The notes under the pieces were generated by a model that was given only the letters and a program-made list of their open reading frames with translations, was not told the DNA's origin and made no database searches. From an uncultured Ruminococcus sp. (GTDB lineage: Bacteria > Bacillota > Clostridia > Oscillospirales > CAG-272), in NCBI GenBank assembly GCA_964542035.1, contig CAZISZ010000001.1, forward strand, positions 1-40,102: a stretch of 40,102 nucleotides of DNA, in the 5' to 3' direction. The position numbers were made by a program, and so were the translations under genes. Positions 1-8,377 of this stretch are shown here, piece by piece. Position 1 is the stretch's first letter. Every line of letters starts with the position of its first letter.

Positions 1-863
1 GGGGTATCCATATTCATAGCCCATGCGATACGGAAGTCAAGCACGATATCGCCTTCAAGACGAATAAACGCGGCGGCAAAATCGTCAACTTGGAACGCCT
101 TTGCGTACTCGGCGCGCTTGTCGGCGCGGTAGCCGCAGTAGTTGGGATCCTGTCCGAAGAATGCCGACTTGTAACCGGTAACGGTCAAAGGCTTGGGATA
201 GCCGATGGCGTTAAGCACCATATCGAGCGAGTAGCAACCGATATCGCCGAGTGCGCCGATCCCCGCGGTATCATCCGCGATAAAGGATGTGCCGAAGGGT
301 GTGGGGATGCCGCGACGGCGACCGCCGCCGGTTTGGATGTAATAGATCTTACCAAGCTCGCCCGACTGAACGATCTTTTTGATCATCTGCATATTTGCGT
401 CAAGTCTGGGCTGGAAGCCGATGGAGAGAACCTTGCCGCTGCGCTTTTCCGCTTTCATGACCTCTATTGCCTCGTCGAGAGTGACGGTAAAGGGCTTTTC
501 GAGAAGTACGTTTACGCCGTGATCAAGCGCGTAGATGGCGGGTTCGGCGTGCTGACGGTTATATGTGCAAATGGAGACCGCGTCAAGGTGGAGAGACTCG
601 TCGTCTATCATCTCTTTGTGGGATGCGTAATGAGTTTTCGCACCCTCAATGCCGTATTTTTTAAAGAATGCCTCCGCTTTTCCGGGAACGAGATCTGCGC
701 CCGCAACGATTTCAACATCGGGTTGGGCGAGATATGCTTTCATGTGCGAGCCGGCTATCCAGCCGCATCCGATAATACCTACGCGCATTTTGCGGTCGGT
801 GTTTACGGTCTCGGTAACCTGTGCGGTAAATGTGTTCAGACCGTCCATTGATTTGTCTGCCAT
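1..863 (-). CDS. Gfo/Idh/MocA family NAD(P)-dependent oxidoreductase (C-terminal end runs off the window)
   Basis: Absent from the ORF track because it has no in-window stop. The reverse complement from ATG 863 (GGAGGA RBS at 871-876) reads MADKSMDGLNTFTAQ..RKMRVGIIGCGWIAGSHMKAY..VLLEKPF... This gives the N-terminal GxGxxG Rossmann motif and the EKP motif. The + ORF 90..851 is its codon-complement shadow. Confidence 0.85.
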   Translation of the reverse strand, partial: MADKSMDGLNTFTAQVTETVNTDRKMRVGIIGCGWIAGSHMKAYLAQPDVEIVAGADLVPGKAEAFFKKYGIEGAKTHYASHKEMIDDESLHLDAVSICTYNRQHAEPAIYALDHGVNVLLEKPFTVTLDEAIEVMKAEKRSGKVLSIGFQPRLDANMQMIKKIVQSGELGKIYYIQTGGGRRRGIPTPFGTSFIADDTAGIGALGDIGCYSLDMVLNAIGYPKPLTVTGYKSAFFGQDPNYCGYRADKRAEYAKAFQVDDFAAAFIRLEGDIVLDFRIAWAMNMDT

Positions 864-902
864 TGTAATATCCTCCAATATTTATATTGTTGCGACGTAT
901 GA

Positions 903-1742
903 TCAAACGCCGATAGATTTAAGATATTCGCGGCTCTTGGCGGCGCACTCCATCGGGGTAAGACCCATGGAGGGTTTATCCTGTTCAACAACAAGCCATT
1001 CGCTGCCGGATTCCTCCGCCGCCTTGATGATGGCGGGGAAGTTTTGCAATCCCGCGCCGACCGGGCGGAATTCAAAACCGGAGGGACGTTTGGGCGCGGC
1101 GCTTTCAATGCCGATAAGTTCGTACATATCGTCGCTCTTTTCGCCGAAGAAGTCCTTAAGGTGGACAACGGGCGCGCGTCCCGCGTACTTTTTGATATAC
1201 GCCGCGGGATCCTCGCCGCCGACGTTTACCCAACAGGTATCAAGCTCGGTGGCAAGCAGATCGGCGGGTACGGTATCGTAAAGCACATCAAGCGCGTATT
1301 TGCCGTCTATCTTCAAAAATTCGAAATCATGGTTGTGGTAGAGCATTTGAATGCCCAGTTTTTTGGCTGCCTTTGAAATGATGGAGATAAACTCAACAAC
1401 AAACTCAAAGTTGGGTGTGCCGGGACGGTGGATCTCGTTGAGATACGGCACCGCAACATACTTGCAACCTATTTCCGCATATTGCGAAAGTACGCCGCAG
1501 GGATCTTTGATCATATCAACAAAAGGTACGTGTGCCGATACGGGAACAAGACCTATCTCATCGCACATAGCTTTGACTTCGGCGGCGGTATGATCGTAAA
1601 GACCCGCAAACTCAACGCCGTCGTAGCCGAGGTCGCGAAGTTTTTGCAGTGTGCCGCGCAGATCGGCTTTTGCCTCCTCACGAACCGAATAAACTTGAAT
1701 TGCAACCGGAAGTGACATTTTTTTGACCCACGCTTTCGCCAT
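903..1742 (-). CDS. sugar phosphate isomerase/epimerase (xylose isomerase-like TIM barrel family)
   Basis: 279-aa ORF with family-like motifs LGYDGVEF, HNHDFEF and VHLKD. AAAGGA RBS lies 10 nt upstream of ATG 1742. Confidence 0.8.
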   Translation of the reverse strand: MAKAWVKKMSLPVAIQVYSVREEAKADLRGTLQKLRDLGYDGVEFAGLYDHTAAEVKAMCDEIGLVPVSAHVPFVDMIKDPCGVLSQYAEIGCKYVAVPYLNEIHRPGTPNFEFVVEFISIISKAAKKLGIQMLYHNHDFEFLKIDGKYALDVLYDTVPADLLATELDTCWVNVGGEDPAAYIKKYAGRAPVVHLKDFFGEKSDDMYELIGIESAAPKRPSGFEFRPVGAGLQNFPAIIKAAEESGSEWLVVEQDKPSMGLTPMECAAKSREYLKSIGV

Positions 1743-1816
1743 GGCGAAAGCATCCTTTCATCGGTTATCGTTTGCATAAGTCTCGGCAAACGCCGCGACT
1801 TGTACATCTTGATTAT

Positions 1817-1845
1817 ATTATAAGACAATTAATGCGCATTTTCAA
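1817..1845 (-). promoter_or_regulatory. sigma-A type promoter (TTGAAA-17 nt-TATAAT) for the isomerase/oxidoreductase pair
   Basis: The minus strand reads TTGAAA (1845-1840), a 17-nt spacer, then TATAAT (1822-1817). It sits about 75 nt upstream of ATG 1742. Confidence 0.65.
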
Positions 1846-1920
1846 GACATTAATAGCGTTTTTTTGGACTTTTATTGCACTGTGCCGATAAACGGCAAAA
1901 ATAATGCTACTCTCGTACGA

Positions 1921-2970
1921 TCAAATCCCGCCGAGGGTGAAGCGATCCCACGGAATATCGGCGGGGGCTTTTTTGGTAATTATGTCGTCTGCATGCAACA
2001 AAAGCGGTAACGCCTCGGCGTCGATCTCGCCGCGTGCGGCGCATACGCGCACGGCACGCGCCACTCGTTCGGCAACGACAAGAGATTCAAGCGTAACTCC
2101 GCTTAGTTCGGCGCGTGCGCTGTCGATATCCATCCCACGTCCGAGCAGTATTCCTATTTGACGTGTGCGACCGCCGTAAACGGTAACGTAAAGATCGCCC
2201 ACACCAACGGCAAGATTTTTTATATCGTCCGCCCCCTGATGCCTGAGCAGCAGTGCCATTTCACAGACGGCTTGACCGAATACCGCCGCCTGCGAGTTGA
2301 AATGCAGTTCGCTGTCAATGCCGAAACGGCGTTGATTAAGCCCTATTGTCAGCGCAACGGCAAGCGCGTAGCCGTTTTTCAGCGCTACGGCGCTTTCCGT
2401 ACCGCAAACATCGGTGCTGAGACTGACGTGGTAATGATCGGTTGCCATCAGCCCGCGCAGGTAACGCAATGTTTCCGGATCCCGCCCGCAAAAAACGACC
2501 TCGGTATGATCGCCCTGCACCAGTTCATAGCTTGTGCAGGGGCCGCCGATGGCGCAAAGCCGCACCGAATGTCCGGATTTATCAAGCATTTGCTGCCAAA
2601 TATCGGGATATGTCAAAAGTTTGCCGTCGGGCGTATCCATAAGACCTTTTGTTACGCTGAGGACCGGTATGCCGCGTGGAAGCAGGGGGAGGACCTCGCG
2701 CCCGAACCACTCAACTCCGAAGCTTGAAACGCCGCAAATAACCGCGTCGGCGTTCTCGGCGGCGCGACGAATATCGGTAGAGTAATATGCCTCCACCCGC
2801 CGCGGAAATGCAAGCGGCAGTTTGGGGTGTTTACCGTCTTGCAAAACGGCGTCGATGATGCCGTTGTCGAGCGGTGAGCCGACAAGGCGTACCTCGTGAC
2901 CGTTTTGTAGTGCGGGAAAAGCAAGCGCTGAGCCCATCATGCCCGCGCCGATTATAGTTATAACAGCCAT
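1921..2970 (-). CDS. NAD(P)H-dependent glycerol-3-phosphate dehydrogenase family protein (GpsA-like)
   Basis: 349-aa ORF starting MAVITIIGAGMMGSALA (Rossmann motif). Length and overall layout fit the GpsA family. GGGAGGG RBS precedes the ATG. Confidence 0.7.
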   Translation of the reverse strand: MAVITIIGAGMMGSALAFPALQNGHEVRLVGSPLDNGIIDAVLQDGKHPKLPLAFPRRVEAYYSTDIRRAAENADAVICGVSSFGVEWFGREVLPLLPRGIPVLSVTKGLMDTPDGKLLTYPDIWQQMLDKSGHSVRLCAIGGPCTSYELVQGDHTEVVFCGRDPETLRYLRGLMATDHYHVSLSTDVCGTESAVALKNGYALAVALTIGLNQRRFGIDSELHFNSQAAVFGQAVCEMALLLRHQGADDIKNLAVGVGDLYVTVYGGRTRQIGILLGRGMDIDSARAELSGVTLESLVVAERVARAVRVCAARGEIDAEALPLLLHADDIITKKAPADIPWDRFTLGGI

Positions 2971-3035
2971 TTTCCCTCCCGTTTATCGGAAATACAAAAT
3001 ATTCTCGGACGTTTGCCTTGTGCCGATAATGCAAT

Positions 3036-3077
3036 TTCGCCGAGCCTGCACGCAATTATGTGCGCAGGCTCGGCGAA
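3036..3077 (-). terminator. 14-bp GC-rich hairpin between transketolase C-subunit and the GpsA-like gene (weak or partial terminator, or an RNA stability element)
   Basis: TTCGCCGAGCCTGC (3036-3049) pairs with GCAGGCTCGGCGAA (3064-3077). The U-tract on the minus strand is poor. Confidence 0.4.
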
Positions 3078-3085
3078 TGTGATTA

Positions 3086-4054
3086 TTATTTTTTGAGTGC
3101 TACCGCGGCTTTTGCCTTGGCAACGATATTTTGAGGGGTAAGACCGTACATTTCAAGCAGTGCGGGAACTTTGCCCGAACGACCGAAACGGTCCTCAACT
3201 CCCACGCGGAGGACGGGCGCGCCGCCAAGCTCGCCGACAGCCTCGCTCACGGCTGAGCCGAGTCCGCCGATAATGTTATGCTCTTCGGCGGTAACAATAG
3301 CGCCTGTGGCGGCAAGGTTTTCGGCGATATTTTCCTTGTCGAGCGGTTTTATGGTGTGTACGTTTACAACGCGAGCGGAGATTCCCTCGCTGTCCAACAG
3401 GCGAGCCGCTTCAAGCGCCATATCGACCATGATACCGGTTGCCATGATCGTTACGTCTTTGCCATCGCGCAAAACAAGGTTTTTGCCGAATTCGAATTTA
3501 TAGCTTTCGCTGTCAAACAGCACGGGGACGGCGAGTCTTCCGAAGCGCAGGTACACGGGTCCCTCGTAATTAATTGCCCATTCAACCGCGGCGCGCGCCT
3601 CTGTGGCGTCGGCGGGGTTAACTATCGCCATGCCGGGAATGGTACGCATGGTGCCTATATCTTCAAGGCACTGGTGTGTGGCTCCGTCCTCGCCGACGGT
3701 AATGCCGGCGTGCGTTGCGCCTATTTTTACGTTGAGGTGAGGGTATGCGACGGAGTTTCTGATCTGCTCAAAGGCGCGACCCGCGGCAAACATCGCAAAA
3801 GTGGACGCAAACGGAATCTTTCCCGCGGCGGCAAGACCCGCGGCAACGGTTATCATGTTGCCCTCGGCAATGCCGCAATCGAAAAAGCGATCGGGAAATT
3901 TCTTTTTAAACACGCCTGTTTTTGTGGCGGCGGCAAGGTCTGCGTCGAGAACAACAAAATCGTATTTATCGCCGAATTCGGCAAGAGCGTTGCCATATGC
4001 CTCGCGCGTTGCTATTTTTTCGGTCTTTTCGGTCATTTTGATCAATTCAGCCAT
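3086..4054 (-). CDS. transketolase, C-terminal (pyrimidine-binding) subunit
   Basis: 322-aa ORF. The stretch REAYGNAL..FFDCGIAEGNM..ATFAMF..GATHQ is typical of the split transketolase B subunit. Confidence 0.9.
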   Translation of the reverse strand: MAELIKMTEKTEKIATREAYGNALAEFGDKYDFVVLDADLAAATKTGVFKKKFPDRFFDCGIAEGNMITVAAGLAAAGKIPFASTFAMFAAGRAFEQIRNSVAYPHLNVKIGATHAGITVGEDGATHQCLEDIGTMRTIPGMAIVNPADATEARAAVEWAINYEGPVYLRFGRLAVPVLFDSESYKFEFGKNLVLRDGKDVTIMATGIMVDMALEAARLLDSEGISARVVNVHTIKPLDKENIAENLAATGAIVTAEEHNIIGGLGSAVSEAVGELGGAPVLRVGVEDRFGRSGKVPALLEMYGLTPQNIVAKAKAAVALKK

Positions 4055-4069
4055 TTTTGTGCCTCCGAC

Positions 4070-4903
4070 TTATTGCTGTGCTGCGGCAAGGATCTCTGCC
4101 TTTGCCGCTTCGTATTCGGCATCACTCGGCGCTTTGCCGTGCCAACCGACCTGACCCTCCATAAAGGAGACGCCCTTGCCCTTTACCGAGTGAGCGATAA
4201 TGGCGGTGGGTTTACCTTGGCACTCGCGCGCGGCGGTAAACGCAGCCTCAAGCGATTCAAAATCATGCGCGTCGGCGTGTACCACGTTAAAGCCGAACGC
4301 CTCAAACTTTTTATCGTGAGGAGTGGGGTCCATAACTTCGCTTATGGGTCCGTCTATCTGCAAGCCGTTAAGATCGAGGATAAAGCAAAGGTTATCGAGC
4401 TTATAGTGGGCGGCGAACATGGCTGCCTCCCAAACCTGACCCTCTTCGCTTTCGCCGTCGCCAACTATCGCATATGTGCGGCTGTTGTTTTTATCGAGCT
4501 TTGCGGCAAGAGCCATACCGCAGGCGGCGGATACGCCGAGACCGAGAGATCCCGTGGTCATATCCACGCCGGGGGTGCCCTTCATATCCGGGTGACCCTG
4601 AAGATAGGAATCTATTCGGCGCAAAGTCGTGAGGTCCTCGGCGGGGAAATATCCGCGCTCGGCAAGCGCCGAGTAGAGCGCGGGGGCTGTGTGACCCTTT
4701 GAAAGCACAAGTCGGTCACGTCCCGCGGCGCGGGGATTTTGGGGGTCGACGTTCATTTCCTCAAAATAAAGATATGTAAGAATATCCGCAACAGAAAGCG
4801 AACCGCCCGGGTGACCGGATGCCGCCGCATGCGTTGAAGCGAGCACGCCGAGGCGCACATTGGCAGCATGCTGTTTAAGCTCCGAAAGCTTTGTTTTTTC
4901 CAT
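4070..4903 (-). CDS. transketolase, N-terminal (TPP-binding) subunit
   Basis: Motifs GHPGGSLS and VGDGESEEGQVWEA (GDG-x-E-G TPP motif). I prefer ATG 4903, which has a GGAG RBS at 4910-4914, over the track's TTG at 4927. Confidence 0.9.
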   Translation of the reverse strand: MEKTKLSELKQHAANVRLGVLASTHAAASGHPGGSLSVADILTYLYFEEMNVDPQNPRAAGRDRLVLSKGHTAPALYSALAERGYFPAEDLTTLRRIDSYLQGHPDMKGTPGVDMTTGSLGLGVSAACGMALAAKLDKNNSRTYAIVGDGESEEGQVWEAAMFAAHYKLDNLCFILDLNGLQIDGPISEVMDPTPHDKKFEAFGFNVVHADAHDFESLEAAFTAARECQGKPTAIIAHSVKGKGVSFMEGQVGWHGKAPSDAEYEAAKAEILAAAQQ

Positions 4904-4941
4904 TTTGATCCTCCGTAGATGGGGCAAATTATTTCAATTTA

Positions 4942-4970
4942 ATTATAATACAAAACCCTCGCTTTGTCAA
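4942..4970 (-). promoter_or_regulatory. sigma-A promoter of the transketolase operon (TTGACA-17 nt-TATAAT)
   Basis: The minus strand has TTGACA (4970-4965), a 17-nt spacer, then TATAAT (4947-4942). It lies about 40 nt upstream of the start codon. Confidence 0.7.
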
Positions 4971-4984
4971 GTTTTTTTAAAACT

Positions 4985-5000
4985 CGGGCAAGCGAATGCG
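4985..5000. repeat. 16-nt direct repeat copy 1 (CGGGCAAGCGAATGCG) just upstream of the -35 of the transketolase promoter
   Basis: An exact 16-mer that also occurs at 5097-5112. Confidence 0.9.
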
Positions 5001-5096
5001 AAACCGAGATTTACCCCCCAGATGGCGCGGAACTTCGGGTTTGTTTCTCTCTATACCAATACCGTAGGACGCGGAACATTGAGCTTTTCGGAGTTT

Positions 5097-5112
5097 CGGG
5101 CAAGCGAATGCG
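5097..5112. repeat. 16-nt direct repeat copy 2 (CGGGCAAGCGAATGCG)
   Basis: Exact copy of 4985-5000, located 112 nt away. Confidence 0.9.
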
Positions 5113-5121
5113 CGGCTGTGG

Positions 5122-5159
5122 AAAAACAACCGTCCCGAATGTTATGCATTCGGGACGGT
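5122..5159 (-). terminator. rho-independent terminator of the lipoprotein gene
   Basis: 13-bp stem ACCGTCCCGAATG (5129-5141) pairs with CATTCGGGACGGT (5147-5159). On the minus strand it is followed by GTTGTTTTTCC. Confidence 0.75.
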
Positions 5160-5178
5160 ATTGCAATTATTTATTGCT

Positions 5179-6960
5179 TCAATTGTATACGGCAATATAC
5201 TGCTTGTCGTTCATTTTGATTTTATATATGCCGCAGCCCGAGGAGGATAAGCCGGTAACGCCTTCGATCGTATTGGATATCTGTTCCATATTGTAATCGA
5301 TTACATATGCCGAACCGTTCTCCAAAACTATAGCGCGGTCATAGAAGAAATCTCCCGCGTCGTCAAACATATGTACCTCGCCGCCGAGCAGGGAGATGTA
5401 TCCCCATTTGCCGTCGCGGGAGACGAGCGCGTGGATGTTGTTTTTGTTAAAGTAACCTTGGATAGCTATTACGTCAAACCCCTCGGACGACACTGCCGCG
5501 TCGATGGTGGGGACGCAGTACCCATTGCTGTCAAGCGCGCAACGCGTGAGATCGACAAGATAGTATTTATCGGATACAACGCCGTTTTCTATGATTTTTG
5601 ACGCCACTATCGAGCCGTAGTTTTGGGGCTCATACAGATATTCGGAGCGTATGGCATAAGAAGTCTCAAGGTCTTGCGATACAAGCATTGTGAGATAGGA
5701 ATTGTAGAAGCTCGTATCATCGGTGAGTATTGCGTAACCGGAAATAAAGCCGTGCGTGGTCCAGTAGTTGGCGGGGAAAAAGGCGATTGATTGGAGTATG
5801 CCGGAAGAGCCTGTGCGCAACACTTTGCCGTTTTTGTTGGTAACGATCAGATTGGCATCGCCGAAACTTCCATCAACAAGCATCAAAATTTCTCCGTCGA
5901 TCAGAGTGCCGACAGATCTGACATTATCAAATGTTGCGAGTTTTGTGCCGGACATATCATAGATATTTACCGTCATGGGGCTGTAAGCGGAGGCGAAATA
6001 GTAGGTTTCGGGGGTGTAGGTGATGATACGTTCCTCGTTACAGGAGGCTATGTATTCGCCCTCATAGGTGGTACGCCCAAGATCTCGGGTTGTGTAGGTA
6101 TATCTTGTGGAAAACAGTTCGTTGCCGTTGCAGTCAAGCACATAGCACGCCAACAGCGTGGTGGTCTCTTTAAGACCGACGTATTCATCGTCTTCGCTTT
6201 CTATATCGGTTACGCCGATAGAAAGTGTATCGTACATAACGACATAGTCGTCGGAAGATACGCACAGGGCGCCCGTATAACCGCGCGATATCACGTCTCC
6301 CTCGCTACCGGCAATGTAATACATCCCATTGCGTTTGAAAACTATCATATAAGGAGTGGAAAACAATATGCTGTCGTATTCAAAGTTTTCAATCAGACGC
6401 AATTCAAGCGTTTCGTCGTTGGTGTCCAATCCGCAAATTGTGCAAACGCCATCGACAAAATTGTGGTCGGTGGGGAGAATATCCTCGCGCAGGGTATCGC
6501 CGCAGCTGCAGCGGCGAACGCGCTCGCCGAAATCGGTGCAGGTAGCTGCGAGAGTGACTTCCCAATCGCCGTAGCTGTGTACGTGCGGCGGCTCGGTTTC
6601 GGGCGCTGCGGGCGCGGTGGTCTCCGGTTCCGTTGCAGGCTCGGTGGTGGGTGTTGTCACAGGCTCGGTCACGGGTGTGGTCTCCTCGGGTTCGGTGACG
6701 GGTAATGTTGCACCGCCGGTCGTTTCGGGAGAGACGACGGCGGATGATTCCGGAATAACGGTCTCGGAGGCGGATGTGTTATCGCCCGGTGCGATGGTTA
6801 CATCGGGATCATTTTTGGTATCTTCGATAATCGAATGAATGCTTGTGTCCTCTCCCGATGAAACGGCGGAGGTATCCTCCCCGCCTTCCGCGTTGTCACA
6901 GGCGACAAGTCCCGCCGCGATCAGCAGTATCGCCAATGTCAGCGATATGATTCTTTTCAT
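5179..6960 (-). CDS. lipoprotein with T/P/E-rich linker, Cys/His-rich module and WG-type beta repeat region (function unknown)
   Basis: The likely true start is ATG 6960, with an AGGAGA RBS. The signal peptide MKRIISLTLAILLIAAGLVAC carries an LVAC lipobox. The DGKWGYISLLGGEV..DDAGDFFYDRAIV segment resembles WG-containing repeats. The track ORF extends to 7137 without support. Confidence 0.75.
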   Translation of the reverse strand: MKRIISLTLAILLIAAGLVACDNAEGGEDTSAVSSGEDTSIHSIIEDTKNDPDVTIAPGDNTSASETVIPESSAVVSPETTGGATLPVTEPEETTPVTEPVTTPTTEPATEPETTAPAAPETEPPHVHSYGDWEVTLAATCTDFGERVRRCSCGDTLREDILPTDHNFVDGVCTICGLDTNDETLELRLIENFEYDSILFSTPYMIVFKRNGMYYIAGSEGDVISRGYTGALCVSSDDYVVMYDTLSIGVTDIESEDDEYVGLKETTTLLACYVLDCNGNELFSTRYTYTTRDLGRTTYEGEYIASCNEERIITYTPETYYFASAYSPMTVNIYDMSGTKLATFDNVRSVGTLIDGEILMLVDGSFGDANLIVTNKNGKVLRTGSSGILQSIAFFPANYWTTHGFISGYAILTDDTSFYNSYLTMLVSQDLETSYAIRSEYLYEPQNYGSIVASKIIENGVVSDKYYLVDLTRCALDSNGYCVPTIDAAVSSEGFDVIAIQGYFNKNNIHALVSRDGKWGYISLLGGEVHMFDDAGDFFYDRAIVLENGSAYVIDYNMEQISNTIEGVTGLSSSGCGIYKIKMNDKQYIAVYN

Positions 6961-7086
6961 GGTTTCTCCTATCTGCCGCAGTGCGGCAAGTGTGATTGAA
7001 TGTTGCCGTAACGATATGTTTGCGCAGTTTTTGCCGCATCGTTTACGTTGTTTAAACATTATATCATAATGCCGCAATAATGTCAA

Positions 7087-7115
7087 ACAAAAAATGGGGA
7101 GGCTTTTGCCTCCCC
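7087..7115 (-). terminator. rho-independent terminator of spoIVB
   Basis: The minus strand reads GGGGAGGC-AAAA-GCCTCCCC followed by ATTTTTTG. Confidence 0.85.
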
Positions 7116-7120
7116 GTGGT

Positions 7121-8140
7121 TCATTCTGCCGCATCAAGCATATTTTCGATGAATATTCCGTACCCCATGGTGGGGTCGCTGATCATGACATGCGTTACGG
7201 CTCCGCAAAGGCGACCGTTTTGAATGATCGGCGAGCCGCTCATGCCCTGTAGTATACCGCCGGTGCGTTCGATAAGACGGCTGTCGGTTACCTGTACGGT
7301 AAAACTGCGCCCTGCGCGGGAATTTCGGTCTATTGCGGAAATTCGAATGTCGTACTCTCCCACCCCACCGTCGTCCAATGTGCAAAGCATAACGGCATTG
7401 CCCTCCCGCACCTCGGAGCGGTGAGCGATGGGTATTGCTTCTCGCGCGCCGACGGGGCGTTCGGCAAAAGCGCCGAACACGCCGAGCTCGGTATTTGCCG
7501 TTACCGCGCCCAATTTTTGCGCTTCAAAGCCGCCGCGTATCTCGCCGGGAGTGCCGGGGCGGCTGCGTTCAACGCCGACTATCCGCACGCCGAGCAAACA
7601 GCCGCGGCTCATGGGTATGGGGCGCCCGGTATCCGGGTCGCATATGCCGTGTCCCAGACCGCCGAAGATGTTGCACTCGGGGTCGATATAAGTCACGGTG
7701 CCGATGCCCGCGCCGCCGTCACGAATAAATATACCGGCTTCGTATCCGCCGTTACGCGTTCGGCGCGGAGTGACGTTTACGGTCAGGTTTTGCCCATCTC
7801 GCAGGCAATCGAGCCGCACGGCAGCTCCGCCGCAATCGTCTATGATTTTGCCGAGTTCCGCCGCGCCGCCGATAGCCTTTCCGTTTATTTTTAAAATGAC
7901 GTCCCCCACGCGAAGTCCCGATTCGGCGGCGGGGGATGTTCCGTTTCCGTCCGAAAATCCCACAACAAGCACGCCGTCGGTGGAAAAACGCACGCCGAAC
8001 GGCATGCCGCCGGGGCAAAGCATAATATCGTCTTTTGCGGCTGCCGTCGGTGCGGGTGTGGCGGCAAAAAGCAAAAAGATCGCCAGCGCCGCCGCTATAC
8101 GGCGCAATTTATATTTTTGATGTTTTAAGATCAAGATCAT
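7121..8140 (-). CDS. spoIVB: SpoIVB peptidase (stage IV sporulation protein B, S55 family, PDZ + protease)
   Basis: N-terminal TM segment, a PDZ-like LRVGDVILKINGK segment, and the motifs GTVTYIDPE..FGGLGHGI, GMSGSPI and GAVTHV. Confidence 0.9.
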   Translation of the reverse strand: MILILKHQKYKLRRIAAALAIFLLFAATPAPTAAAKDDIMLCPGGMPFGVRFSTDGVLVVGFSDGNGTSPAAESGLRVGDVILKINGKAIGGAAELGKIIDDCGGAAVRLDCLRDGQNLTVNVTPRRTRNGGYEAGIFIRDGGAGIGTVTYIDPECNIFGGLGHGICDPDTGRPIPMSRGCLLGVRIVGVERSRPGTPGEIRGGFEAQKLGAVTANTELGVFGAFAERPVGAREAIPIAHRSEVREGNAVMLCTLDDGGVGEYDIRISAIDRNSRAGRSFTVQVTDSRLIERTGGILQGMSGSPIIQNGRLCGAVTHVMISDPTMGYGIFIENMLDAAE

Positions 8141-8301
8141 GAGGTTTTTTCCTTTCAGCGCGGACGATGTCTCGACCTCGCTCTATTAATTTGCCCGCCG
8201 CACGGCAAATGATGTGTAGCAAATAAGCACCGCGCGAGCAGAAAATTCCGTTTTTCGCTTTTCGGTCGAATGAAAGTTGTGTGAACTTTTCTTATTTTTA
8301 C

Positions 8302-8329
8302 TTGACATATAAAAAAAGCATGATATAAT
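8302..8329 (+). promoter_or_regulatory. sigma-A promoter (TTGACA-16 nt-TATAAT with TGa extended -10) of the marR-ABC operon
   Basis: TTGACA at 8302-8307, TG at 8321-8322, TATAAT at 8324-8329. Confidence 0.75.
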
Positions 8330-8331
8330 TT

Positions 8332-8345
8332 ATTAGTAAACTAAT
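8332..8345. promoter_or_regulatory. 14-bp palindrome ATTAGT-AA-ACTAAT, candidate MarR operator
   Basis: Perfect 6+2+6 inverted repeat starting 3 nt after the -10 box. Confidence 0.45.
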
Positions 8346-8377
8346 TTTTTTAAACGAACGAAAGGAGAAAAAGCAAA

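Noticed and set aside
649-1281. 210-aa + ORF spanning the junction of the oxidoreductase and isomerase genes
   Set aside because: It is antisense to two solid CDSs, S/P/A-rich, and has no RBS or recognisable motif.
4860-5296. ORFs 4860-5219 and 4964-5296 (+) in the transketolase upstream region, both containing RASEC from the 16-nt direct repeat
   Set aside because: They overlap the promoter, the direct repeats and a terminator. They have no RBS and junk-like composition. The repeated peptide is a by-product of the DNA repeat.
7121-7137. Apparent 17-nt overlap between the lipoprotein ORF (track end 7137) and spoIVB
   Set aside because: The lipoprotein's supported start is ATG 6960 (RBS, signal peptide and lipobox). 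The upstream extension would read through the spoIVB terminator.
8141-8300. Search for a sigma-F/sigma-G type promoter upstream of spoIVB
   Set aside because: Only weak partial matches were found, for example CAAATTA or CATCATT as possible -10 elements without a properly spaced GnATA -35. This is not good enough to report.
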